Positions 1-10,540 of a stretch of DNA of 64,000 bases are shown piece by piece. Location: the NCBI GenBank assembly GCA_963681965.1, contig OY820579.1, positions 1,120,001 through 1,184,000 of the forward strand, written 5' to 3'. The notes below the pieces were generated by a model that made no database searches, was not told where the DNA came from, and was given only the letters and a program-made list of their open reading frames with translations. The position numbers were made by a program, and so were the translations under genes. The DNA is from a bacterium. GTDB taxonomy: Bacteria; Electryoneota; JAOADG01. The number at the start of each line of letters is the position of its first letter. The first letter of the stretch is position 1.

Positions 1-11
1 CTTCTCCGAGT

Positions 12-43
12 AAAAAGCCCCCTCGGCAATGGCAGAGGGGGCG
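12..43 (-). terminator. Intrinsic terminator downstream of rpsU
   Basis: GCCCCCTC...GAGGGGGC stem preceded by AAAAA, which is a U-tract on the minus strand; lies just after the rpsU stop. Confidence 0.75.
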
Positions 44-63
44 GCGCACTACAAAAACCAATA

Positions 64-267
64 TTATCGGCTCTGGGATAGCATCTTGCGCATTTTACGG
101 CGAGCTATGGCAGATTTGCGTTTCCGCGCTTCAGACGGTTTTTCATAGCGTTCATGCTTCCGAATTTCCGCCATCAGACCACTCTTCTCACACGATTTTG
201 TGAAACGGCGATAAGCGCGTTCAAACGTTTCGCCATCGCGAACTTTAACGTTCGGCAACCGACTCAC
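64..267 (-). CDS. rpsU: 30S ribosomal protein S21
   Basis: VKVRDGETFERAYRRF...EIRKHERYEKPSEARKRK is the S21 signature. Confidence 0.95.
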   Translation of the reverse strand: MSRLPNVKVRDGETFERAYRRFTKSCEKSGLMAEIRKHERYEKPSEARKRKSAIARRKMRKMLSQSR

Positions 268-372
268 CTCCTCCCGGTGCCTATAAAACTCAACAATAGC
301 AGTGGTCTAAAACCACTGTTTCATACAACTTTTCAATTTACACCGCTGCAACACAATCTGCAAACCAACCGA

Positions 373-711
373 TCAACCCGGAGGCCACGACATTTTTCTG
401 CCGCCAAGTAGATGAAAATGCAGATGCATTACGCTTTGACCGACCCGCTCACCGCAATTTGTTACAACCCGGTAATCGGTCAAATCCATCTCTTTAGCTA
501 GCTTTGCAATGCGAAAATGGATGGCTCCGATGAGACCATTGTCCTGCTCGGAGAGGTCAGCCATCTTCGAAATGTGTTTAACTGGGATAAAAAGGACGTG
601 AGTGGGCGCAGCCGGCTTAATATCGTGGAACGCGACCATCATATCGTCGCGATACACTTCTTTTGCCGGGATTTCGCCAGACACAATTTTACAAAAGATA
701 CAGGTATCCAT
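373..711 (-). CDS. Histidine triad (HIT/HinT) nucleotide-binding protein
   Basis: CIFCKIV N-terminus, HLHFHLLGGR triad, WPPG C-terminus. Confidence 0.93.
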   Translation of the reverse strand: MDTCIFCKIVSGEIPAKEVYRDDMMVAFHDIKPAAPTHVLFIPVKHISKMADLSEQDNGLIGAIHFRIAKLAKEMDLTDYRVVTNCGERVGQSVMHLHFHLLGGRKMSWPPG

Positions 712-838
712 TCGGATCTCGATTTTTCTTCATCCATAATAGCAAATCATATTTGCAGGCGCAAACTGAAATCAAATAGATGGCGCCAGATAATTGTGAA
801 GCACTTGCCAGCACCGGTTTTGCGACTCAGTTCGACCT

Positions 839-1447
839 TTACTTCTTGATGTAAGTACCGATTAATTCTGTTTGCTCTAAGATGTGTCCTTTCATTTTTT
901 CCAGAAGTTCATTCTTTGTCGGTTTTTTTAAGTCAGAGAATACCGTATCAAGTGCATAAAGTTTGAAAAAGTAACGATGGCGACCGATTGGCGGGCAAGG
1001 ACCGTGATACTCACAATCTCCGATGTCATTCTTTCCCGCGATAGTTCCTTTTGGCAACGTTTTTTCAGTGACCCCCTCGGCAAGAGTATCGATTGATGCC
1101 GGAATATTGAACAACACCCAGTGTACGAAAACCCGCTTAGGTGCAGCGGGATCCGGGGCATCGGGATCGTCGACAATCAGCGCAAACGATTTTGTCAAAT
1201 TGGGGGGATTTTCCCAATGCAATGGGGGTGCGATATTAGCTCCCTCGCAGGTATACATTGATGGAATATCGGACTTATCCGAAAAAGCAACCGATGAAAT
1301 CTGAAAATTCATGATTTTTACCCCTTCTAACTTATTCTTCGCAGTGGCTAAACCAAGACCGAACAAAAGACTCAGTATTAATAATAAGATATTTAAAATG
1401 TGATGCCGACAACCAAAGGGCGATGTTTTCAATGTTGCTAGGTCCAT
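839..1447 (-). CDS. YbhB/YbcL family (PEBP, Raf kinase inhibitor-like) protein
   Basis: DDPDAP, FVHWVLFNIP and GPCPPIGRHRYFFKLYALD motifs; N-terminal hydrophobic stretch; alternative start at 1312. Confidence 0.9.
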   Translation of the reverse strand: MDLATLKTSPFGCRHHILNILLLILSLLFGLGLATAKNKLEGVKIMNFQISSVAFSDKSDIPSMYTCEGANIAPPLHWENPPNLTKSFALIVDDPDAPDPAAPKRVFVHWVLFNIPASIDTLAEGVTEKTLPKGTIAGKNDIGDCEYHGPCPPIGRHRYFFKLYALDTVFSDLKKPTKNELLEKMKGHILEQTELIGTYIKK

Positions 1448-1579
1448 GTACTTCTCCTTTACTTCGATAAGACAAGATAGAATGTATTAACGATCAATGG
1501 AATTGAGTTGGAGGTGGTCGTTTTTTTTTGGATCGGTGATCTATTCTCAATAACTTTACTGTCTTATAGGAGAATACGT

Positions 1580-2182
1580 GTGCGGATACTGATCGTTGTA
1601 TTGGCAATAATAGTGGTTGGCATTGGTGGTTATTTTCTCTACCAACAGCTAAAAAAGCCGACACCAAAGCAAGTTATTGTCGATCCCTATTCGACGTATG
1701 GAAAATTGATGCGAGAGTCCGAAGAGTCGGTGGCTCGGGGAATTCATTTTTTAAATCAAGGTGATGTCGGTCAAGCGAAATTTGAATTCGAAGACGCGAT
1801 TCGCTTAGATACTAACAACTATCGAGCGTATTATAATCTAGGTATTATCTATCGGGCGATGGGCGAATTCGATCGGGCGGAAGGGTACTACCGCACTGCT
1901 ATCGAATTTGCACCGCAGTTCTACGTAATATATAACAATCTGGCAAATCTGCTGTTACTAAAACATGCAGCTCCCGATAGTGCGTTAGTATATATCTCGA
2001 AGGCCGTTTCGGCTTACCCGGATTGTACGGATTTTGTCGATACGAAAATCGATGTATTGTTAGCTTCCGGAAAAAAAGCGGATGCTGAAAAGTTATGGCG
2101 ACAGGCTATTGCCAAGGATTCCACCAATCGGGGATTGATCAACAAATTTGATATTTTCGAAGCACAGAGGGGGCAACAATGA
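1580..2182 (+). CDS. Membrane-anchored TPR protein
   Basis: GTG start after AGGAG; N-terminal TM helix; TPR motifs (AYYNLGIIY, YNNLANL); overlaps the next gene by 4 bp. Confidence 0.8.
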   Translation: MRILIVVLAIIVVGIGGYFLYQQLKKPTPKQVIVDPYSTYGKLMRESEESVARGIHFLNQGDVGQAKFEFEDAIRLDTNNYRAYYNLGIIYRAMGEFDRAEGYYRTAIEFAPQFYVIYNNLANLLLLKHAAPDSALVYISKAVSAYPDCTDFVDTKIDVLLASGKKADAEKLWRQAIAKDSTNRGLINKFDIFEAQRGQQ

Positions 2183-5100
2183 TCGGGAAACGCTTCAGTT
2201 TCATTTTCATCCTACTAAGTATATGTACTGTTAGTTTCGCAGTACGCGCACCATCAACTCCTACCCAAACCTATCCGGCGTTCGCCACCGAAGCGCAGAC
2301 TCAATATCCTGCTCTGCCAACACAAGCTGCAGGAGTTCTCGCGACTCTGAAACAACAAACCGGTCACGATTGGAAGGGGTATGCTCGAAATGACGGTTTT
2401 GCAAGCTGGCATCTGTTTGGTGCCGGTTTAGTCGGTTATAATCCGGTTTCAGAGAGTGATGCCTTCGAACAATCGGAAGCGATTCTTGCTAAGATTCTCC
2501 CATCGCTCTATAACTCGCCGATCGAGCTTCAACGCGCTACGGCAAATCATGCTGGCGCGCGCTGGTATGTCGAATTCCGGCAGATTATCGGTGGAATTCT
2601 CGTGCACGGTGCAACCGTCGCGCTGCGCTTCGATTCACAAGGTCGAGTCACACTGCTTCAACTGGGCGCTGTCAATCCGCTGAATGTTCCACCATTCACT
2701 GGAATCGGTGAAAATTCTGCTAAATCGTTAACCGAAGCGACTATAAAAGGAACCGTTGATCATGTGGAATCGGCTTGGTTGGTTCGAGACGGCGATTTTA
2801 GTACTGGTCCCAAATTAATTCCCACTTATTACGTTACTGCCGATGTCGCATCTGATAATCGCCCGGCGCTTTTTATCGATGCACAATCCGGAGCAATTGT
2901 TGCCGGGTGGAACCGGGTGAATTTCGATCGTGCGTATGCGAACGTGAAAGGTGTAGTTCGACCGGCGCACTTAAACGATTCGATCGTAATAAACACGTTA
3001 CGGTTCGATTCAGTGAGATTTAATAGTAGAGTTTGGGCAGTTACCGATACGAATGGTAACGCATCAGCGAATTTTACCGGACGCGCCGACTCGGTGTATG
3101 ATACTGCCCAAGTTTATCTCCGCGGTCGATTTGCTAATGTTCGACCATACGAGAGTACGATAAGTCGAGCACGCATTACAACACGAAGTACCGACACGAT
3201 TCAAGTGTTATTCAATAGTACGAATTCGCTTGCAGCCGAACCGAATATGTATTGGCATTTGAATAATGTTCGTACTTGGATGAAAGGACTAAATCCTGGA
3301 TTCGATAGTTTGGCGTATGCAATCCCGGCAAAAGTCGAGCGACTTAATTACGATAATGCCTATTGGGATGGCAGAGGCGTCAATTTCGGTGATGGTGGTG
3401 GATCATTCTACAGCTTTTCGATGTTTTGCGATGTAATCTATCACGAATATCATCATGGAGTATCTCAATTTCAATACATCGGTTCCGATTTTCCTTATTC
3501 CGGTGAAACCGGTGCGATGAATGAAGCGTGGTCGGATTATTTCGCATGCTCCATGACCAACGATCCCAATATGGGTGAAGGTGGATTGTTCCGCGATGGA
3601 TCGGCATATATGCGTTTGTTAACCAACGTTTTTATGTATCCGCGAGACATCATCAATGAAGTACATTACGATGGCATGATCATCAGCGGTGCAATGTGGG
3701 ATTTACGCGCTAGCATGGGAACCCATTACGCGGATTCCGTGTTACATTTTTCAAAATATGCCCACGCTGCTTCGTTCGTCGATTATTTCGTCGATATTCT
3801 CGAATACGACGACGACGATGGCGATTTAACCAACGGAACGCCTAATAGCAACCAGATTTACGCTGCCTTCGGGCGTCACGGTATCGGTCCCGGAAGCACG
3901 GTACGATTGAAGATCAAAGACTTAACTTATCGTTTCGACGGTCTAGGTGGCTCAATCGGCAATGGCAATCGTTATTTCGATCAGGATGAATCCCTTGCTG
4001 TAACCTTTACATTGCGTAACGATGCAATCCTTTATCCACCACCCGCGCAGAATGTCAGATTACAATTTTTCACGCTCGATAGTAATCTGGTGCTGCCGGT
4101 AATCGATACTGCATACACCTTGGCGGCACATGATAGCATGCTTTGCGGAACATACCTGATCCGCAATTCTTCAGCTACTTCTCGATATGCTAAGATTTTT
4201 ATCGCCGCGACTGCCGATGGTGGTTTTTCGACGCTGGATTCCTTCCGGTTGCTAGTAGGTCATCCCAGAATCTTAATGGTTTCGAAAGATACATCGAGTT
4301 ACAATGTTCGATTTGTGACGAATACTCTCGATTCATTACATGTCGGATATTATCTGGTTAAAGCCGGAAGTAATATTGATCCGACAACGATCATGCCCGA
4401 TCACGATCGTCTAATTTGGATGGGTGGCGACAATCAAACCCTTATGTCGGATAATGACGCGGCTGCGATTGTAGATTTTCTTAATCGTGGTGGAAAAATG
4501 GTTTTGAGTGGTCAGTACATGCAAGCTCTGACCAATTTTCCGCCGCTGTTGGCGCTTCTACATTTTTCGTTGGGAATTCAAGTTACTCCTACTATCCAGA
4601 TCACACATATTGATCCTATTCCGGGTTCACCTTTTGCCTCTGTGAGAACTTATCTCACCGGCGGAGAAGGTGCGGGAAATACCCGATCACCCTCGGTCTT
4701 GTTGCAAGATAGTTCGGCGTTGCCGGTTTATCGCTACGATCAATGGAACAATGAGACAGCAGCATTTGTGTATGGTGAGGAATCCCATCCCGAACGATAT
4801 CGGGTATTAGTAACCGGGTTCGGCATTGAATCGATCAATCAACCGTATCGTCAACCCCGGCTCTACGAACTGTTCGAGCGCACTTTTGCCTGGTTCGATG
4901 GGACGTTATCGGCACCGGAAATTGCTCCGCAATTGCCGATGACCTTTAAAGTATCGACATATCCCAATCCGTTTAACTCGGAGTTGAGGGTGAACGTTCA
5001 AGTTCCAAACCGCGGCACATTGAAAATGCAGTTGATCGATGTTCTTGGACGAACCGTTTGGACGGAGATGCAACCGGTCCAACCGGGAAATTTCACGACC

Positions 5101-5199
5101 ACAATCAATGGATCGAGACTTACCAGCGGTTTGTACTTCCTCCGAATTGAAACCGGAGGACGGATGCAAAGCCTTCAAAAAGTGACACTGTTGAAATAA
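2179..5199 (+). CDS. Secreted M4 (thermolysin-like) zinc metallopeptidase with propeptide and T9SS-type C-terminal domain
   Basis: Signal peptide; NAYWDG, HEYHH (HExxH), GAMNEAWSD and EVH motifs; C-terminal YPNPFN...SGLYFLRI...KVTLLK. Confidence 0.85.
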   Translation: MIGKRFSFIFILLSICTVSFAVRAPSTPTQTYPAFATEAQTQYPALPTQAAGVLATLKQQTGHDWKGYARNDGFASWHLFGAGLVGYNPVSESDAFEQSEAILAKILPSLYNSPIELQRATANHAGARWYVEFRQIIGGILVHGATVALRFDSQGRVTLLQLGAVNPLNVPPFTGIGENSAKSLTEATIKGTVDHVESAWLVRDGDFSTGPKLIPTYYVTADVASDNRPALFIDAQSGAIVAGWNRVNFDRAYANVKGVVRPAHLNDSIVINTLRFDSVRFNSRVWAVTDTNGNASANFTGRADSVYDTAQVYLRGRFANVRPYESTISRARITTRSTDTIQVLFNSTNSLAAEPNMYWHLNNVRTWMKGLNPGFDSLAYAIPAKVERLNYDNAYWDGRGVNFGDGGGSFYSFSMFCDVIYHEYHHGVSQFQYIGSDFPYSGETGAMNEAWSDYFACSMTNDPNMGEGGLFRDGSAYMRLLTNVFMYPRDIINEVHYDGMIISGAMWDLRASMGTHYADSVLHFSKYAHAASFVDYFVDILEYDDDDGDLTNGTPNSNQIYAAFGRHGIGPGSTVRLKIKDLTYRFDGLGGSIGNGNRYFDQDESLAVTFTLRNDAILYPPPAQNVRLQFFTLDSNLVLPVIDTAYTLAAHDSMLCGTYLIRNSSATSRYAKIFIAATADGGFSTLDSFRLLVGHPRILMVSKDTSSYNVRFVTNTLDSLHVGYYLVKAGSNIDPTTIMPDHDRLIWMGGDNQTLMSDNDAAAIVDFLNRGGKMVLSGQYMQALTNFPPLLALLHFSLGIQVTPTIQITHIDPIPGSPFASVRTYLTGGEGAGNTRSPSVLLQDSSALPVYRYDQWNNETAAFVYGEESHPERYRVLVTGFGIESINQPYRQPRLYELFERTFAWFDGTLSAPEIAPQLPMTFKVSTYPNPFNSELRVNVQVPNRGTLKMQLIDVLGRTVWTEMQPVQPGNFTTTINGSRLTSGLYFLRIETGGRMQSLQKVTLLK

Positions 5200-5210
5200 A
5201 TGAACGGAAG

Positions 5211-5235
5211 AGGCGGGGATCAACCCCGCCTTTTT
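5211..5235 (+). terminator. Intrinsic terminator
   Basis: AGGCGGGG-ATCAA-CCCCGCCT stem followed by a T-tract. Confidence 0.85.
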
Positions 5236-5303
5236 ACTGATATCGGTTGACGATTGACCGATCCGGTTGTACTTTGCAGAATGTTTATGCAAGGTACTCT
5301 TCT

Positions 5304-6515
5304 ATGGCAGAACCTGAACACAGTTCCCAGACGACCAATACCTTCCTGATTGTCGCTGGATCAATCCTTTTCGCGGTTTTTCTATATAGTATTCGATCGG
5401 TGTTGATTGCACCGATCATGTACGTGGCAATTCTGGCGTTGCTTTGGCAATATCAATCCAACCGAATAATCACGACGGTCATTTATGTAACAACCGGTTT
5501 GTTTGCCGCGTATCTAATTGTCGAATTGAAAACACTGATTCCGGCTGCAGTAGTCAGTACTTTGCTGATTGTTTTATTACGCGGTCCGGTAGAGTGGCTC
5601 GTAAAACGTAATATTCGCCGCAATTATGCAGTCTTGATCGTGATGGCAGTGTCGTTTGCTTTCCTCTCGCTGGTGTTGATTATGGTGATTCCTGCCTTGG
5701 TCGAACAATCGCGAATTCTGGTTATTCTCCTCCCGACCTATTATGATCGACTTCACCACCTGATCGTCACTGATTGGCTACCGGCACTGCAGTCGATTCC
5801 CTTTTTGAAGCAAGTGGATTTAGCATCGATTCAGGATAAATTGCCGGAAATTGCTCAACGTGCTTTACGAGTCGTATCGCAGACCGGAATGGCGTTAGTT
5901 GCTTCTAGCGGTAACGTACTTGGGCAGCTTGTTAATCTCTTTTTGGTTCCGATTATTGTGCTGTACTTGCTTTTGGATGAAAAAAGTCTGATCGATAGTA
6001 TCGCGAAAATTCTGCCATCTGAACAGTCGAAAAATTGGCAAGCCCGCGGAAAGCATATTTCGACAATTCTGGGAAAGTGGTTAAAAGGTCAAATTATGGT
6101 ATCCACGATAAATGGCACGTTGATTGGGATTGGGCTGGCAATTATCGGTGAAAATTATGCGTTAATGCTGGGTACGATAACAGTGTTTCTCTGTTTTATC
6201 CCCTACATCGGATTACTGACCAGTTTCTCATTGGCAGTGCTGATCGCATTAACCGGTGGGGCTGGTTTCAGTTTTATAATGCTGATTGCACTCGTTTATA
6301 TTGTCGTGCAATTGGTCGAGAGCAATCTGATCACACCCCGGGTAATGGGGAAAGCGGTCGGTTTATCGGATTTAGTAACGATCATTGCAATTGCTATCGG
6401 TGCCGAACTGTTTGGCTTTTTTGGAATCATATTCGCAGTACCGGTTACTGCGATTGCTGTCGTGTTTATCCGCGAATGGTGGTCGACACGAGAACGGATA
6501 GAGATTAATGACTGA
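5304..6515 (+). CDS. AI-2E (PerM) family transporter
   Basis: Multi-TM protein; KWLKGQ, FIPYIG and QLVESNLITPRVMGKAVGL motifs. Confidence 0.9.
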   Translation: MAEPEHSSQTTNTFLIVAGSILFAVFLYSIRSVLIAPIMYVAILALLWQYQSNRIITTVIYVTTGLFAAYLIVELKTLIPAAVVSTLLIVLLRGPVEWLVKRNIRRNYAVLIVMAVSFAFLSLVLIMVIPALVEQSRILVILLPTYYDRLHHLIVTDWLPALQSIPFLKQVDLASIQDKLPEIAQRALRVVSQTGMALVASSGNVLGQLVNLFLVPIIVLYLLLDEKSLIDSIAKILPSEQSKNWQARGKHISTILGKWLKGQIMVSTINGTLIGIGLAIIGENYALMLGTITVFLCFIPYIGLLTSFSLAVLIALTGGAGFSFIMLIALVYIVVQLVESNLITPRVMGKAVGLSDLVTIIAIAIGAELFGFFGIIFAVPVTAIAVVFIREWWSTRERIEIND

Positions 6516-7260
6516 AGAAACTCCCGTTGAACGGGAAGGATGGTTGTTCGGACGGCGCGCAATTATCGAAGCGTTGGCGGCAGGTCGCCCGGTAGAGCGT
6601 ATTTATCTTGCGCAAGAAACTTCTGGCGCGATTTTAGCCGAATTACGTCATGCTGCGGCAGCGATTTGCGAAGTAGATCTCGTTCCCCGAGCAGCGATCG
6701 ATCGGTATGCACGCGGCGTCCATCATCAAGGTGTGGCGGCGCGAGTCGCGATGGTTTCCGCTCTCAAATTAGCCGATTGGTTAGAATCCACAAAGAGTGA
6801 GACAAATGTTCAGGCAATTTTGTGCGATGGAATCGTCGATCCCGGAAATCTCGGAGCAATCATTCGATCAGCGACCGTTTTTGGTGCTTCTGCAGTCTTA
6901 TTGGGTAACAAACACGCCCCGCTATCGGCAACAGTAGCGAAAACCTCGGCAGGGTGTATTTTTCATATGCCCATCGTTATTTGCGACAATCTTGGAAGCG
7001 CATTAAAAGATCTAAAGGATGCGGGATATTGGGTGTATGCAACTGCCGAACAAGCAGAAGAATCGATTATCGATGTAGAAATTCCCGCGAGGTTAATTTG
7101 GGCGATTGGAAGCGAAGAGCTAGGTGTTTCGAGGGTGGTTACATCCTTAGCCGATAAAACTGTTTCGATTCCAACTGCTGGAAAAACAAAAAGTCTGAAT
7201 GCATCAGTCGCCGCTGGAGTGGTATTATTTACTACCTTATCGGCGCGACTCATTCCCTGA
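6508..7260 (+). CDS. rlmB: 23S rRNA (Gm2251) 2'-O-methyltransferase, SPOUT/TrmH family
   Basis: HQGVAA, DPGNLGAIIRSA, GSEELG and SLNASVAAG motifs. Confidence 0.88.
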   Translation: MTEETPVEREGWLFGRRAIIEALAAGRPVERIYLAQETSGAILAELRHAAAAICEVDLVPRAAIDRYARGVHHQGVAARVAMVSALKLADWLESTKSETNVQAILCDGIVDPGNLGAIIRSATVFGASAVLLGNKHAPLSATVAKTSAGCIFHMPIVICDNLGSALKDLKDAGYWVYATAEQAEESIIDVEIPARLIWAIGSEELGVSRVVTSLADKTVSIPTAGKTKSLNASVAAGVVLFTTLSARLIP

Positions 7261-7388
7261 TCCGCTTCGAATGCTATGATACTAATTATTAATAATATGT
7301 AATGATAAATAAAAGAACCTGAGTGCAGACTTTGATCGTTGGTAATTCTTTATTATATAGTTCCATGTGAAGTCAATTGTCGGTAACT

Positions 7389-8228
7389 ATGATTAAACGA
7401 GGCGGACCTCCGCCAGATTCGCAAGAACCGCATTATTCCTTACTTTGGATTCCCCCCGATCACCGTGAACCGACCTCGTTGGTGATGTCGGTACAGGGAT
7501 GGTGGTGGATTCAGCTCGGTTTGGCGCTTCTGGTCGTATTAGTCATATTGATTGTAGTGACTTGGGGGGTGTTTTTACACCGTGCACTCGCATACGACCA
7601 ACTGATTCGGGAAAACGAATCGCTCCGACAAAGCACAGAGAAACTCGAATTACTCAAAACGCGGGTCGAACAAATGCAAATTCTCGACTCGCAAGTCCGA
7701 CGAGCATTAGGGAGTCGACCTGGGTTAACACCGGAAGATCGCGCTCTGTTGCGGGAACGCTTTCGAAATCGGCTGTGGGATAATGGCAGTCAAACCAATA
7801 GCGGAATTGTAGATCCTACTGCGATCCCAACGCTGATGCCGGTTACGGGCTTTCTATCGCGAAAATACTCCGACGATCCGCTTGCCGGTGGGAGAGGACA
7901 TCGCGGCGTCGATTTTGCCGCGACTGCCGGGTCTCCAATTATTGCTTCTGCGAGTGGTCGAGTACTATTTGCCGGATGGACTCAACAATACGGATATGCG
8001 ATTGCGATTGGGCACCGGTCCGGAAATACGACGTTTTATGGTCATATGAATGCGCTTTTTTACAGTGCCGGCGATGATGTCAAACAGGGCGATCCAATTG
8101 GTCTCACTGGTTCGACTGGCGTTTCAACGGCACCACATCTGCACTTTGAATTATGGAAAGACGGCATGCCGGTCGATCCATTCACTTTATTGAAAGCAAA
8201 TTCACCGGTGGCAACCGGTAAAAAATAG
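7389..8228 (+). CDS. M23 family peptidoglycan endopeptidase (TM, coiled coil, M23 domain)
   Basis: HRGVD and STAPHLHFE zinc motifs; N-terminal TM. Confidence 0.92.
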   Translation: MIKRGGPPPDSQEPHYSLLWIPPDHREPTSLVMSVQGWWWIQLGLALLVVLVILIVVTWGVFLHRALAYDQLIRENESLRQSTEKLELLKTRVEQMQILDSQVRRALGSRPGLTPEDRALLRERFRNRLWDNGSQTNSGIVDPTAIPTLMPVTGFLSRKYSDDPLAGGRGHRGVDFAATAGSPIIASASGRVLFAGWTQQYGYAIAIGHRSGNTTFYGHMNALFYSAGDDVKQGDPIGLTGSTGVSTAPHLHFELWKDGMPVDPFTLLKANSPVATGKK

Positions 8229-8244
8229 ATTTGGCGGAGGAAAA

Positions 8245-8742
8245 ATGATTTCGCGAACCACAACAACAACCGGATCGGAATTAGGAACTGTTATTGGAAC
8301 AGAAACACTGATCAAAGGCGACATCACGGTACCTCACTCGATGCGCTTGGATGGACGTGTGCAGGGACAGGTTCAGGTGAACGATACTTTAACTGTCGGT
8401 CCAAACGGAGTTGTCGAAGGAAATGTGCAAGTTCGATCGGTCATGATTGGTGGAAAAGTAGTAGGATCGGTAACCGCTTCCGATAAAATTACTTTGAACT
8501 CCACTGCGGTGATGAACGGCGACATGGTTTGTACGAAACTTGTTATTGAAGAAGGGGCGACTTTCGACGGGATGTCGAAAATGCGGGGCGACAAATTGCC
8601 GTTGATGATGCCGCAAAGTGAACCGCAAGTTGCCGCGGCTCCTGTCACTCCGGTACGACCGGCAACTGCACCGACACCGCCTCCGAACAAACCGGGTGGC
8701 GAAGATTCCGATTTACCACGGTGGGCAGAACGCCGTCGATAA
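8245..8742 (+). CDS. Bactofilin (polymer-forming cytoskeletal protein) with Pro-rich tail
   Basis: TVIG...IKGDI...LDGRVQG...LVIEEGATFDG beta-helix; the M23-bactofilin pairing is well known. Confidence 0.92.
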   Translation: MISRTTTTTGSELGTVIGTETLIKGDITVPHSMRLDGRVQGQVQVNDTLTVGPNGVVEGNVQVRSVMIGGKVVGSVTASDKITLNSTAVMNGDMVCTKLVIEEGATFDGMSKMRGDKLPLMMPQSEPQVAAAPVTPVRPATAPTPPPNKPGGEDSDLPRWAERRR

Positions 8743-8834
8743 ATTTGGTTTTAACAACTCCGATCTCGGGTAAAGAAGATACATGTTTTTATCAAATAAT
8801 GGTTTCTCAGAACGATTTATAGTGAGAGTGAATC

Positions 8835-9068
8835 ATGCCGATACTCGATCCAGAGGCGATGAAAACGTTTCGATCCGTCGGCGACATCAGCTCGATCGGT
8901 ATCGGATTGGCGGCAACCATTATTTTTTGCGGTGCGATTGGTTGGTGGATTGATGATACATGGCAGTGTAAACCGTGGGGAACCCTGATCGGGTGCTTGA
9001 TCGGAATCGCCGGTGGGATGTATAACATGATCCGTATCGTGATCAAAGCCAACAAAGACACAAAGTAA
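8835..9068 (+). CDS. AtpZ/AtpI family ATP synthase accessory protein
   Basis: IGWWID...PWGTLIGCLIGIAGG motif; first gene of the atp cluster. Confidence 0.85.
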   Translation: MPILDPEAMKTFRSVGDISSIGIGLAATIIFCGAIGWWIDDTWQCKPWGTLIGCLIGIAGGMYNMIRIVIKANKDTK

Positions 9069-9211
9069 GATCGTATTAATAAGTAGTTTTCGATTTATTT
9101 TGTAACTGATTTCACGAACACGATCGTGCTAACTTAAGTTTATTACAAATATTATTTGCATCATCCGGGAGAATTGTTATTTTACCGGAAACGACTGAAA
9201 AAGAGCGGTTA

Positions 9212-9583
9212 GTGATAAATAAATCCACAGTGAGGTGGTTCGCAATTACGGCTGTGGCTGCGATTCTCATCTTTTTTTTACCACCCCAGGGTTTATTCAA
9301 CGGTAAGTTTTTAGCGGCACTTCTATCTGGTGTCGGTGTCGGTGCCTCCGGTTTATGGCAACTAAGTATCCTGAAACGGTATCCGACTCAGCCGTTGCGC
9401 GCCGTTGCAATTGGCGCTATATCGCGAACCGCAGTCGTTATTGTGGGAATCATTATTGTTTACTTCGTGCTACCAGGCGACCAATTAGCCGGTACTGCGA
9501 TATCGATCGTGGTTATTTATTTCGCTGTGCAGATGGCGGAAATGCCATTGTTACTAAAGAGTCTTAACGAACAGAAACCGTAG
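9212..9583 (+). CDS. Putative ATP synthase protein I (4 TM)
   Basis: Small hydrophobic protein directly upstream of atpB; called mainly from position. Confidence 0.55.
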   Translation: MINKSTVRWFAITAVAAILIFFLPPQGLFNGKFLAALLSGVGVGASGLWQLSILKRYPTQPLRAVAIGAISRTAVVIVGIIIVYFVLPGDQLAGTAISIVVIYFAVQMAEMPLLLKSLNEQKP

Positions 9584-9607
9584 CGATCCAATCGAGATAA
9601 CTGTCTA

Positions 9608-10540
9608 ATGAACCTTTTCAACAAGCATTTTACTCGCGCTTCAACGCTTCTAATGTTAGCTGGTACTTACGTTGCTCGAGCCAATGAAGCTGCTGGAGAA
9701 GGCGCTGAATCCGATTCGCTTTCGAATGTCTGGAACGGCAACAAACTGGTTGAGAATTTGTTGGATCACCACCTCCATTTTCTCCCCGATTGGGGTACGT
9801 TCACCATCACGAAGCACGCTTTTATTCTGATTATCGCCACTACTGTATTTGCGATCATGGCAATTTTAGCCGGTCGATCGGCAAAGAAAAATCTTGGCAA
9901 AGCGCCGCACGGTCTAGCGAATTTCATGGAAGTCATGGTGAAGTTTATTCGCGACGAAGTCGTCTTTCCCTCGATGGGCGAAAAGATGGGTCGCCATTTA
10001 CTGAATTACTTCCTGACGGTCTTTTTCTTTATTCTGTTCGGCAATCTTGCCGGTGTCTTCCCGGCGTCGAAATCACCCACGATGAATATCTCGGTTACCC
10101 TAACCTGTGCATTGATGACTTTCACGTTAATGATTTATGCCGGTATTCGCGCCAATGGCGTATTAGGGTTCCTTAAGCATTTCACGCCGCCCGGAATTCC
10201 GTGGCCGGTCTATATCATTTTAACACCGATCGAAATCATTGGTCTCTTTATCAAACCATTCGCTTTGACGATCCGTCTTTTTGCGAACATGGTTGCCGGC
10301 AAAGCGCTGGTCTTGAGTTTCATCGGTTTGATCTTCATGCTCGGTTCGGCGCTAGGCGTCGGCGCGGCATTCGGAATTGGAATTTTGCCGTTTCTTGGCG
10401 GATTGGGTATTATGCTGCTCGAAATTTTCGTTGCAGTACTGCAAGCATTCATTTTCACGATGTTGTCGGCGCTGTTTATCGGTCAGCTCTCCTATCACGA
10501 AGAGCACGATGAGCATCATGGCGAGGCGCATTCGCACTAA
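9608..10540 (+). CDS. atpB: F0F1 ATP synthase subunit a
   Basis: KPFALTIRLFANM and EIFVAVLQAFIFTMLS motifs. Confidence 0.97.
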   Translation: MNLFNKHFTRASTLLMLAGTYVARANEAAGEGAESDSLSNVWNGNKLVENLLDHHLHFLPDWGTFTITKHAFILIIATTVFAIMAILAGRSAKKNLGKAPHGLANFMEVMVKFIRDEVVFPSMGEKMGRHLLNYFLTVFFFILFGNLAGVFPASKSPTMNISVTLTCALMTFTLMIYAGIRANGVLGFLKHFTPPGIPWPVYIILTPIEIIGLFIKPFALTIRLFANMVAGKALVLSFIGLIFMLGSALGVGAAFGIGILPFLGGLGIMLLEIFVAVLQAFIFTMLSALFIGQLSYHEEHDEHHGEAHSH

